A stretch of 64,000 nucleotides of DNA from Paramecium tetraurelia (taxonomy: Eukaryota): the NCBI GenBank assembly GCA_000165425.1, contig CT868618.1, positions 327,827-391,826 on the forward strand, given 5' to 3'. The notes below the pieces were generated by a model that saw nothing but the letters and a program-made list of their open reading frames with translations, was not told the DNA's origin and did no database searches. Shown piece after piece: positions 36,818-49,222 of the stretch; position 1 is the stretch's first letter, and every line of letters starts with the position of its first letter. The translations under genes and the position numbers were made by a program.

Positions 36818-38813
36818 ATGTCACGGCTAATTGTGAAGAATATCCCAAATTTGATCACCGAAGCTCAATTAAAGACCATATTTGAAAAAAAGGGTGAAGT
36901 CTCTGATGTTAAAGTTATCTTTAAAGGCAATAAGAATAGAAGGTTCTGTTTCATAGGCTACAAGAATGAATCAGATGCAATCAAAGCAAAAGAACACTTT
37001 GATAAAACATTCGTCATGATGTCCAAAATATCAGTTGATTTTGCTAAAACAGTCGATGATCCAGCCCTCCCAAGAGCCTGGTCAAGACATACTCCAGGAT
37101 CATCAGCATTTCAAAAAATAAATAAAAGTCAAGAACCACCAGTCACCAAAAAAGTAAAATAAAATAAAGAAGACCAATAAGAGTAAGAAGAACCTAAGAA
37201 TGAAGTAAAATCAAAGAAATTTTAAGAGTTCTTAGAATTAATGAAAACCAATAAGAAAACTAATTAAGAAATATCGTGGAATGATAATGTGAACAATTAA
37301 GTTGATGAAATCTTTGAAAAGATCGAAAAGGAAAAGCCTAAAGTTGTTCAATAACCCCAGAAAAGCACCCCAGCAAATGTAAATGAAAGAAGACTATATG
37401 TCACTAATATCCCATACACAAGTACAGAATAAGAATTAAAGACTGTATTTGAAAAGTATGGAACTGTTTCTAGTATAAAGATACCAAAATAAAGAGGAGG
37501 GTCACTTTCTGGATTTTGCTTTGTAGAATATCAATTACCAGAAGAAGCTATTAGGGCATTTAGTGAATTAGATAATAAGATTGTATTGGGAAGGATATTT
37601 CATGTTAGACCTGCATTTAAGGATGACAAGGAGGAACAATTAAAATAAGAATAATAAATGAAGTAAGAGAAGATGATCGGAGAAGAGAAATCATCATATA
37701 AAAAGTTTAAGAAATAATAAATGCTTGAGAGACTCAATGATACTACATCATGGAATACATTGTTCTTAAATCCTAATACTATAATTGAGGGCATTTGTAA
37801 GAAGTACTCTTTGGATAAAAAGGAAATCTTATCAGAAGAAAATGATGACATGGCTGTTAAAATGGCTCAAATGGAAACCTAAGTTATCAAAGAAACTAAA
37901 GATTGGCTTAAGAGCATTGGTTTGAATATTGATTTTTTGAAAGTTGAAAAGAATCAATGTGAAAGATCAAACATTACTATATTTGTTAAGAATATTCAAT
38001 TTAGAGTTAATGAAACAGATTTAAATGAACTATTTTCAAGATATGGCTAAGTGAATAAAGTTTACCTTGCTCCAAATAGATCAATTGGTATTATTACTAT
38101 GTAAGATGACAAGTAGGCTAACAATGCTTTCTCCAATTTATAGAATTATAAATTTAAGGGATCCATCTTGTATTTAGAATGGGCTCCAACCACTTTGATG
38201 GGAGAAAGTAATAAAACTAATGAAGTCAACCAATAAGTTGAGGAATAAGAGAATGAATTAACTCGTATTCTTTATGTCAAGAATCTTAATTTTAGTACCA
38301 CTGAAAAAAATCTACTTAAATTCATGTCCTCTAAGGTCAATGACATCAAGAAAGTGACAATTATTAATAAGGAAGGAGTGTCTTAGGGTTACGGATTTAT
38401 TGAATTTGATAAACCAGAGTCTGCCCAAAAAGTATTGCGTTTAAATAATTTGATTTTGGATGATCATTTATTGTAACTAAGTTAAAGTAAACCAAAACCC
38501 AAACAAGGTATTAATTAGTTATATTCTAATAGATTTAAATAAAAGAAAATAAAAATAAGAAATCGAACCTACAAACAAACTTTTAATCAAAAACTTACCT
38601 TTTGAAGCCAACGCTTAGGAATTGAGAAGATTGGTTAAATAGTATGGAGAACTGAAAAAATTAAGGCTTCCTAAAAAACTTGATGGGAGCATCAGAGGTT
38701 TTGCATTTGCTGAATTTCTCAATAACGAAGAAGCATAAAATGCAGCTGAGTCATTATAGAGTACTCACTTCTATGGAAGAAGATTAGTTATTGAATATTC
38801 AAAAGAAGAGTGA
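36818..38813 (+). CDS. RBM19: multiple-RRM nucleolar protein RBM19/Mrd1
   Basis: [10 protein letters not shown]...RRFCFIGYK...[17 protein letters not shown]; several RRMs ending [12 protein letters not shown]. Confidence 0.92.
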
Positions 38814-38891
38814 CGTTATTTTCTTGTATATTATATGTATAATAAAAGAAAAAATGTTTTTTTAAATTAAGGAATCAAATTTGTATATTCA

Positions 38892-40166
38892 TCATTAAAT
38901 GTGTTCTGATTTCATCTTCTCAGTAATGACCTAAATCCACCCTTTTCCTTTAATCTGAAATCCAAAGTTGTATTTTTCAGTTTCAATTTGTATGTAGTTA
39001 TCATAATAAAGATGATAGTAGGTTTGGAACTCTGTTTTAATAGGCAGAATATAAAATCCCTCTGTATCATGGTATAATGTTGCATGTATAGAGGGAACGG
39101 TATCCGCTAATGATTAACTTGAATTTTTCAAATAAAACTCAAATGTGGACCCTTTTGATGGCATTGGCATTGGCTATTGCTCATTCTTATCTTTATTCAC
39201 AGTTTACTGTTTCTCCATCTTTGTATCGATTTCTTAGTACCAAAATTTAATGTAACCATAATTGGCTATTTAAACATTCTGATTTAATGGTTCACCATTA
39301 CTTACAGTCACACCTTAAAAATGTTACTTGATCTCTACATTCAAATTTGTCTCCAAAACCTTTAGGGTTTGATTTGGGAAGAACTTCAAGCTCATCCCTT
39401 TACATAGGTATATTCTGTTCTATTCTGGATTCGTAGTGATGATATATGGACCGTTTTCCAATAAAAGTGCAAGTAATTAAGTTTGTCTAGAATAACTTAC
39501 TTTAAAGACAAATTGGTTATTTATTTTTTTATCAAATTATTCCAAGTATTGAATCTAAGTTTCATTTAATGGTTATTGTGCTTTATCAATTATCTTTTTT
39601 ATTAGGTCTCTTTTATATATGTCTAGTTCATAAACATCTGTGTAAAGATCTTTTTTCAACATTAAATTCATTTTAGATTTTATTGGCAGAAACTTTGGAT
39701 GATTAACAATGAAATTGGTTTCAATATTAATGAAATCAATATCTATATACTGTTTTTGTCTAACAAAAGCACTTGAAGTTATTAGAGCACAATCTTAAAA
39801 GTATGATTAGGTTTCATTAAAAAATTCTAATATTTTTGAGCAAATTTCTTATTGCTTCTCTATAATTTCATTATTATTAGAAAAAAAATTCATAAATCCT
39901 CTCTTTTTTTTATTCAATTCTATCAATTATATCAAATCATTATCTATTAATTTTAATTTATCTTCTAATTCTATTTCTTTTCTTTTAAATTAAACATCTT
40001 AAAATTCAATTGAGGAAGCACAAATGTCTTGTACCATTTTAATTAGCTCAGTAATTTTTTAGGGAGTCATCTTCGAATTTTCAAGTTTGTCTATAAGATT
40101 GGCTTAGAGTGTCTTGATACTTTCTTTCATTTGTTTTACTTCTTTTTTTTCTTTTTCTTCAATCAT
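38892..40166 (-). CDS. hypothetical protein
   Basis: Long frame MIEEKEKKEVKQMKESIK... needing one 23-nt intron, ends KSEHIQ*. Confidence 0.6.
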
Positions 40167-40318
40167 TTTTATAGAATTTGATAATTTATTAATATTTAAT
40201 TGGAAATCTTAATTTTCATAAAGACATGTGACAGAATTTGACTCCTCATTGAGTCGCAATGTTTAATATGAGTTCTAATATATGGAAATATAAATATTTT
40301 GTAATTCTATTTATTAAA

Positions 40319-41662
40319 TCAATTGATGAATCCCAAAGCAAATACCCAGAACATCGCAATGATTGATGAATAAGCATTGAATTGGCAAACAGGACTATCA
40401 TCAGTGCAATTAATTTAGGCTAGTTGATAAGAACAGGCAGCCAAGGTCCAACTAGGACTAATTCCATTGATATTTGAAGGAGCTTGCACAATCGAAGTAC
40501 TTGGAATATTATATCCATTATATATGAGCATATAGACATAGGTTCCCATGAAATACAAATTACTTAGATAAGGGTTATTTGGATAAGCTTATACAGCCTG
40601 TTCCCAATTTAGATTAGTGAAAGCCTACAATTAAGTAAGATAGCCCTGCTTATTAAAGTTAGTCAGATTAAAGAACTTGGCCATGGTAACGATGCCGTTA
40701 GTTCCATAGATAGTTTGATTAGTGACAGGAGGCTCATAGCTTTAATTAATGCTCGTAGTATCAGCAGTGTTTAAGAAAGTTAATATAATTTATTAGCAAG
40801 TGGCTAGATTTCCCACTCCTTAAATTTTGTACAGTTTCTAATCAATAGTGACATCTCCGCTATAATCTTTTTAAAAGCAAGGAGAATAGATGGTATCATC
40901 ACCTTATTGAATGGATGATTTTAAGATGCTTAATCTAGCTTAGTCATTTCCATAGCCCAAATAGGACACGGAGTACAATGAGAAGTTGCTCACATTTGGT
41001 CGAACATTCAAGAAAACAAAGTCTGGACCAGTATTGTTGTAAGGGAAAGCATTTTGAGTTGAAGCACCACCAAGATCAAGAGTCAATAAGGATTTGACTT
41101 ATTAATTGAGTAAATAGAAGACTGACATCCACATATACATACCCTTAGACTAAGAATTAAACTAATACTTCTTCTTATCCAGTAAGAACTCGTACCCATT
41201 CAGGACTATAATAGAATTTAGTATTGTTAAAGACCTATTGGACAGTTTGGATGATTTCATTTTATTGAACTTGAGACAATTACCTTAATCCAGCTGTGGC
41301 TCCGAGCATGATGGGAGTGTATTGATACATGTTTTCTGGGACAACATTGTAAGTGAAATTAATTAGAGGGTCTAAGTAGGCTTGGATTTTGTCTAGATTG
41401 TTGGCGAAACTAGCAAGTCCGGGTTCTTATTTCTTATCGTTTGACTTTGGTGATTGAATAAATAAATTACAGTTTCACTGAGGTTGATCATGGGTAATGT
41501 CCATCCTTCTCTGCAGCTCCACTAATAGACATAAACTCTTGTTCCTGAAGATCCTGCATCAAATATGGCACCATAACATTGCGGTGTACTTTGGAGATTG
41601 TCATCTGTAGCCAAAAATCTGTATGAATAAACAGCACTAATCAGAGTTGCCACTAATAACAT
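40319..41662 (-). CDS. GDA1/CD39-family apyrase (NTPDase) with a signal peptide and C-terminal hydrophobic tail
   Basis: ACR1 IFDAGSSGTRVYVY; LDLGGASTQ; PSWTLG. N-terminus MLLVATLISAVYS, C-terminus SSIIAMFWVFALGFIN*. Confidence 0.9.
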
Positions 41663-41727
41663 GGAATCAAATAATGAATAAATATATTATGCAATGACTT
41701 AATTATGAATTTATATTATTATTGTGA

Positions 41728-42295
41728 TCATGAACTTCTAGATTGTTCATCTCTGTTGCAAATAAGATAAATCATCGTCAAAATCCAAACCAATATTATG
41801 AAGTAGGTTACAACCAAATAGCTTAGGATGAACATTCTCAAATGGGTGCATTCTTCATGTTGCAAATAGGCATACTAGGAGTAACATAATGAGAAATACT
41901 GTGAGCCCAATCAAAATCAAAATGTTGAAGAATAACTCCACATAGTCGACTGCGTCAAACAGTTTATCTTTCCAAACTCCGTTGGTTTTGTGTTGAATTG
42001 GCAACTCAATTATTCTTTATAGAAAATAAAGTTCTTACAATTTGTATCCAGCCATCAAAAACAAAAAGATCTCAGCATACAATGACCACGCATTGATACT
42101 ATCGCAAGACTAATCATCTCTTCTTTAAATAAATCAGTAATTACTATAATGTCTAAACAGGAAAAAGAGCAATCCCCAACAAAAATTGTATATAATGGCA
42201 AAGACCGTTGATGAGAGAGCTCTCCCATTTAGTTCTGAGTTTCTCTTAGAAGTGGGTATGTCAAATATTTCAGCATCCTCCTGATGTTAATTCAT
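41728..42295 (-). CDS. small multi-pass (about 4 TM) membrane protein
   Basis: Hydrophobic segments STVFAIIYNFCWGLLFFLF, AWSLYAEIFLFLM, ELFFNILILIGLT and MFILSYLVVTYFIILVWILTMIYLIC, with tiny introns. Confidence 0.7.
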
Positions 42296-42324
42296 AAATA
42301 AAACGAATATATATTATTTATAAT

Positions 42325-43567
42325 TCAATCAAATAAGGAATCTACAGTTTCAACCATCCAAATTGTATTCTGTTCTTTTCCTCCTACCAACACAACTTCC
42401 CCCTGGAAAGTGGTTTTACTGGAAGGCCTACTCAAGGCAGCCAAATACTAGGAGGTTTTGACATGTTTGAGTCTAAAGGGATACTCAAGAATCAGAGTAT
42501 TCAATTCAGGGATGCCCATGTCGACTCCTGAAAATGGATTGTCATTTTAATACCTTCGATTTGGAATTCAGCCTCTTCTTAGACTCCACAATTGACTTCA
42601 AGATAATCTTTCTTTTTATTTCTAGCCCCATTGATATGCATCAATCTCTTTCCTGTTCCAGTGTGAGTCAAAAACAAAAGAGATTTATCCTGAATTTGAC
42701 TGGTGATGTCTGAATTTCCATTGGCCAATTCAACCACCCACCAATCGTTTTGATCTCTCCTAATTGAGTACCTCCAAGTTATTTCTTGTTGTTTATTTCC
42801 ATGAGTGTATGTACTAGTATGAGAATGTAAAGATCCTCCAGTGAAACAATTTCTAATAACCAACTTATCCATATTGTGAATGTATTTATAACACCTTGGT
42901 CTAACTGGTTTATCGACGTCTTGTTGTTCCTTTATGAAAATGGACTATCGAACATTCCTGGATACCTATGTAAAATCATTTGATTAAATACAGGTATGAT
43001 TGACCAATAGTCATTTTAGTCTACGCCAGTGTAGCCAGTGACTTCATTGACATCTTTAGGATTCTTGTATTGTCTACCATGAGAATGCAAGGCGTGATTC
43101 TCATCGAGGACATTGATAAACCTAGCTCTATTCAGATTTATTTCATCAAATTTATCGAATATCAATAGAAATTACTATTCCCCTGTCCCCTCATACTGAT
43201 TGGCCACTATCATCTCTCCTTACTTCGTAACTGGCGATTTGTTTCCTATATTACTAAAGTTTGATATCTCAGATACCAAGTGATTACATTCCCGGTTTTG
43301 CCATTCCTGATAACTACCATATCACTAGGCCATATTTCCACCTTTGTATAATTGGGCTTTTTGAGACCTTGAACAGGAGGACTGTACTTTTCTATAATCC
43401 ATACAGAATTTTGATCTTGTTCCTTCTTGGTGCCCAATATGTAGCTAATGATTCCTCAATAAATCATACCCATTTTAGTAGGAAACTCCAGTGTCTGTTA
43501 GATAGCCATTGGTTTCATTATGTCTCAAGTAAACGATGTCTTTGTGAATCAGGGGTTCTTATTCCAT
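42325..43567 (-). CDS. MIR-repeat (double beta-trefoil) protein, paralog B
   Basis: DIVYLRHNETNGYL; LVIRNCFTGGSLHSH...QQEITW...RDQNDWWVVE; FLTHTGTGKRL; FRLKHVKTSQYL...NTIWMVE. Confidence 0.85.
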
Positions 43568-43592
43568 CAAATTATAATTAAATATATTATTA

Positions 43593-44798
43593 TCAAGCAT
43601 ATATCGAATCAACATATTCAATGAACCAGACTGCATTCCAATCACACTTCGAAGCCAAAACCATCTCTCCTTAGAATGTACTTTGACTGGATGGTCTCTC
43701 CAAAGCTGCCAAATATTGTTACGTAGGAATATGCACTATTCTAAATGGTTTTTCCGTAGTTAAATTATTAGATTTCTCATCAAGGTCGATCACTACTCAA
43801 ATCAACACTTACATTCTATTTTGAATTCCTCACTTGACTTTTTACTACAACACACTTGAAGATAATCTCCATTCTTCACTTTGCATCCTTAGGAGTGAGT
43901 CAACAGTTGTTTAGTCTGAACATGCAGAAATGAAACCAATGAATTATTCTCTATTAATTGCGATGACTCACCAGATGAATTCTTTATTTTATAAATGACC
44001 CACCAATCATTCAAATCTCTTGGCTAGATTTTCCAAGTCACCTCCTACTATTTGGTTCCATATTTGTAACAAGCAGAGTGAGAGTGGAGAGCACCTCCAG
44101 TGAATCCACTCCTAATAATCACAGAATCTGAAGAACGGATGGTCTAACACTTTCTAGGCAGAGGTTCTGACACTTCTTATTAATGGATCCCTTCTCTCAT
44201 CTCCTTTGAAATCACCTCTATATTCCATGCATCATTATTGTCTCTACTCTTGTACCCTGTCACTTCATTATTATTGTTGGCCTCCTTCAATTTCGATGTG
44301 TGAGTATGCAAAGCCAATCCAGTCTCAGTATTCACCAACCTCATGTATGGGGACTCGTTAGAAATGTTCTAAAGTATGAAAACTTATTCTCCACCATTGT
44401 ATTTAACGTCATTCTGCTTGGCTAGAACCATCAAACCTTGCTTCGTAATAGGAGATTGTTAATCAGGTATGCTACAGTCATGTAAACTCAATACCTCGTC
44501 ACATAGTAATTTGAACAAAAACTCTTTATTCGTATTAAATCTCCTTGAATTATTGGAGTATTGTAATAGTTTGGAGTCTTAAACATTGAAAAAGGGGGAC
44601 AGTATTTCTCCAAAATAAATATGGTGTTGGGTGATAAATCCGGTTAAGCACTTAAGATCAGTCTGCAATCTAATTCCAAATAACATACCCCTATTTGTTT
44701 TCTGTATTGCTGTCTGTCAGATATACCTTTTATTGCGGATGGAACAGAGTCACAAGTTCTTGATGTAAAAAAATTCTTTGCTTTTCTGCTTACTACAT
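43593..44798 (-). CDS. MIR-repeat (double beta-trefoil) protein, paralog A
   Basis: MRLVNTETGLALHTH...NEVTGYKSRDNNDAWNIE; IIRSGFTGGALHSH...QQEVTW...RDLNDWWVI; FRIVHIPTQQYL...NAVWFIE. Confidence 0.85.
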
Positions 44799-44955
44799 TT
44801 ATTATTAATGATTATTAGGATATTCAAAAAAAATACATTATTCTATGGAATTCTATCTTTTTATAGAAATAATAGAGTATTGTTATTTAAATTATTTTCA
44901 ACTTTATTTATTGAAGTTTTTATCATCAATACATATATTATGAAATGTCAAAACC

Positions 44956-46340
44956 TCATCTAGTGCTACTTGTCATTTATCTCACCAATGTGGAAGCCTC
45001 ATAATGATTGGGATCCATTTGTATCACCTTTTCAAAATCCTTCAAAGCCATCTAAGGATTTTACAGATACAATAGGCACTTGCCCCTCTTGAATAGAATG
45101 TCAACTGAATTCGCCAATTTGATGGCTTTGTCAAACGATTCAAACGCTAATTAATATTGTTTTTTATTGAAGAACTCAACGCCAAATGAATGATGAATGA
45201 TTGCAAGTCTTTGTGCAACAGTCTCATTCTTCTCAATCTCATAAGCCTTGTTGTAATCGCAAATGCTTTCCTTGAGTCTTCCCAAGTACTTAAATGCATC
45301 ACCCCTGTTAACCAATATTCCCCAATCCTGTGGTTTGAATGTTAATCTTTAAATTATATGTTATTAAATACGCTTCATTCAATAATGTCAATGCATCCTC
45401 ATAATTGCCCTTCTCAAACATCACCTAAGCCATCTCATTGTAAGTGATAGCCAATTACTTTTTGATATCCTCATTTGTTGGCTGCTAATCAAATGCTTTC
45501 TTTAGTAAATTTAAGGACACATCATATTTGATGTTAATTCTACACAGGTATGCATTCAATAACAGCAAATCGACATTATTTGGATCCAACTCAAGTCCCT
45601 TGTCCACATTTAATTTGCATCTCTCATTGTCTCTTTGTACTAAGTATAACTTGGCGTCATTGGTCAACTTCTGGATCTTGGGTGTTATATAGAGGATGAA
45701 TTCCTTTATCTCTTGCAATTCTGGATTCATGGCTTTCGAGTTTAAAATCAAATTTTACAATAAACTTTCCAATAATCAGAGTTCCCTTGTGCTATTTTGG
45801 CTTGAGCCCAATACAGTTTACCTCTTAGCAATAGGGCGTTGATGTTGAGGGGATCGTTGGCAATCACCTTTTGTACTTCTTGGAGAGTATAATTGAGGTA
45901 ATTGGTCAGGAGATAACTGTAGGCTTTTTGAAGAGAAGGAACAGTGAAATCAATTAGGTATCCGAATTGTTCAAATTCAGTTCCTTCTAAGAAATTAGTT
46001 ACATCTCCTTGTTCCAAGAGGGATTATCCTTTTAATAAAATCAAGGACTGCAATTCATCTTCCACCAAAATATCTTGCTTGACTGAGTAGGAGTATTGCA
46101 AGCAAGCGATGGCAGGACTGTAATCACCAATTTTCACATATAATTGAGCCAGGTCTTAATAACTTTAGAGATGATCTAACTACCAATCATAAATACTTTT
46201 GTTCAGAAATAATATTTTATAGTACTCCTTGATTGCCTCGTGGACATCTGTTTTGACCAGTTGTTTAGCGTTTTGTAAATGTTTATCTATCTAATTAATA
46301 TTTATTTATATATTACTTTTTCCTATAAAATTTTTTTCAT
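44956..46340 (-). CDS. tetratricopeptide-repeat protein
   Basis: Multiple TPRs, e.g. ALLLRGKLYW, ILVNRGDAFKYLG, ALKDFEKVIQMDPNHYEA. Confidence 0.85.
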
Positions 46341-46366
46341 TTATTTTAATAATTATTTAACTCCAC

Positions 46367-46769
46367 ATGGACACACATAAATATGTCAAGGCAGGTTGAT
46401 AATTTCATTCTATTTTAGGTGAGGTTTTTGTGAAGCATCACAAATTCGGCGTCGAGAAAATCCGATTGGTTTATATCATAGATGACATTCTCTATTGGAC
46501 CAAGCCTGAGGACTTTAATAAACAGAAGCCAAAAGGAAAGATCAAATTAGAAGTTTGAGTTAGTAAATTAATTTAAGGATATATTGTAAATAGAAAATGG
46601 ATTGAAAAAAGCAAAGAAAATTAAAGATTTAGAGAGAGCATCAAATTGTTTTTCAATTATAACTAAAGAGAGAACTCTTGAACTCGAAGCATCGAACATT
46701 TAAATCAAGAATTTGTGGACCAACATCATAAATAATATTTTAAAAAAATATTCGACTCCTCAACAGTGA
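46367..46769 (+). CDS. small stand-alone PH-domain protein (PLC-type PH)
   Basis: GEVFVKHHKFGVEKIRLVYI...LYWTK...IKLEDILQIENG...NCFSIITKERTLELEASNIQIKNLW, two introns. Confidence 0.8.
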
Positions 46770-47002
46770 AAAACAAATTTATTTCATTTATTTTATTTAA
46801 TGTGTTAACATCTCTAGGGATTTGGCCAGAAGTGAGGAAAAACAATTGATATCCTTCAACAAAAACCCACAATTCTTATTATTGGAAACTTACATTAATG
46901 ATTAAGGGGAATTCTTGATTGACCCATCATTTTTTCCTGCCTTTTTGTTAAAGTTAGTAAGTTGATAGCATATTTTTAAATTGAATTATTAATTTATATT
47001 CG

Positions 47003-47890
47003 ATGCAATAAACTATTTCCAATAAAATACAGGGAAGAACATCAAGAAAGGATTTGGGAATCAATAAATAAATTGATGTCGTACTGCAAAGTCCATTGCT
47101 CAAGAATTCCATAAAATTGAATCTAGAAAATATTCAAAGGTCGACATCCGAATAGTTTGTTACACCTTTGAATAATAAACAATCATATAAATTGACCTAA
47201 AATCTCTCACATTTGAGCAAGGAGGGATTATCCTTTGGGTTAACAGAGAGAGAAATGAATTTATGCGCAAACGAGATGTAAATAATGCAGTCTCATTCTA
47301 AAAACCTATTGGGTGCTACACTGTCAGTTCGAACATCCCAATCAAACTAACTCTAGTCGCTTAAATTTATTGAGTTGAGTAATATTGAATATGACAGTCC
47401 CAAATTAAGGAAAGATTTTAAATTCAAAGACAAAGAGAATTAAACTAATTAGGAAATTCAGTAGAAAGTCGAAGAAATGAAAGTTAACTATATTAAATCA
47501 AGTGTGACACTCAATCAATAACTTAATGATAATACTAGATTGTTGTAAAAAATTGATGAGTTAAAGAGATTCCAATAAAATTTGTCTCTTAATTATTAAT
47601 TTAAAAATAAAGAATTGAGTAACAGAAGGAATAAGAAAGTTACGATGAATTTGAAAATAAACAATACTAATAAATAATTGACAGGCTTAAAATAATAGAG
47701 TCTTGTTGATTTAATAGCCAAATAGTAGCTCATGATTCAAGATTTAGAAAGGAAACTCTAAATTGAGAAAACTGAGAAGGAGTGCTTAAAAGTGTTCTGC
47801 TAATCACCTAAATCACAATAACAACAGGAATTAGATCTAAAATAAGTGGATATTCAGAAAAGCAAGACTAAATTTCATTTTAATACTTGA
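47003..47890 (+). CDS. hypothetical coiled-coil protein
   Basis: Intronless frame MQQTISNKIQGRTSRK...KFHFNT*. Confidence 0.7.
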
Positions 47891-48035
47891 ATTATCTTCG
47901 TTTGATTTCAATTTAATTTATATATATATATATAATGTTAGGATTCAACTCGATAAAATGAGTCAGAATAGGGAGTGTGGATTATTATTTAATTTGAGAA
48001 ATAAAATGATAAATTTCAATAAATAAAATATATTT

Positions 48036-49201
48036 ATGAAGTTTCATTTAATTTCACCAACAACTACATCTTTTACACCCATATGGACATCGTAATAACA
48101 GAAGCGTCCGTAGATTAAGTTGAGTGAGTTGGCAAAGTTTACTCAATTGCAATTACCAAAATAGGAAGATAGTCAAAAAGCCCTAGAATATAAATAGAGA
48201 TAACAATAATTGTTAAGATAATCGAAGAATAAGCCACTGTTAAAAGTGTTGACGAAATCCTAATTGCTTTAAGGTTACTTGTCTATGAGACCGTAATAAT
48301 AATAGAAGAAATAAATTAAATCTAGATCATCATCCTTAATTAGTAAATTAAATTCTTCAAGTCCTGTTGTTTCTATTAATGAATCTCCAAAAATTGTCAA
48401 AGAGTAAAGCTAAATTATGAATTAACCAATGTAATAAATTCAACTTATTGAAGAGCAACAATTAAGTCCAAAAGTCTTAAAACCATTAAAATAAGAGGCC
48501 TTTGCTAAGGCTTTGGATTTCATTAGACCAGAAACCCCTCTAAACTTTCGATGCTTGGTTCAGGATGTCTCATACAAAAAACATAAAATAAATACTAAAG
48601 CAATAATAAGAGATATAATAAACAAATTATCAATATTAAAAAAACTGGATATCAAATACATCGATAGAAGAATATGGTCAAATCAGCCATTTTAAAAGAG
48701 AAATCAATATAGTTTCATCAAAGCTTGTAAGGCAGGTGATTTAAATTTAGCGAAGGAATTGCTTGAATAAGATAGGTTTTTGAATTTTGGTTTTGATTAT
48801 GTAAATTAAAGTAACATTCTATTAGATTCATTAAACAGGATTGCATTGGGCAGTCAAACGATCTCATTTATAGTTGGTTAAATATCTGTTAAAAATAGGA
48901 TGTGATGTTGATGCATAAGATCTAATAGGTAGACCTGCTCTGTATTTTGCAATAGAATAAAAAGAGACGAATATCGTTAAAGTAAACTTATACGAGATCC
49001 TTAATTTAGTTACTATTGGAGAACAATGCAATTCCTTGGAGTACTTAAAAAATCACTTACTCGAAACTTTGCAATGACGATCTCTAAATAATGTTACTTT
49101 TAAATAAGGCTCGCAAGGTGCATGTTATTTATCGGATGGTGGATCCAAAGAAAAGAATATAAATCAAGTAGAGGGCATTGACTGGATTATTCGATGTTTG
49201 A
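48036..49201 (+). CDS. ankyrin-repeat protein
   Basis: FIKACKAGD...QTGLHWAVKRSHLQLVKYLLK.GCDVDAQDLIGRPALYFAI. Confidence 0.85.
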
Positions 49202-49222
49202 CTATATATTTATAAATTAAAT

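Noticed and set aside
46800..46975. Slightly GC-richer intergenic segment (possible snoRNA or ncRNA)
   Set aside because: No paired C/D boxes, H/ACA hairpins or tRNA cloverleaf could be seen.
47919..47934. Short (TA)n run
   Set aside because: An ordinary microsatellite in AT-rich intergenic DNA.
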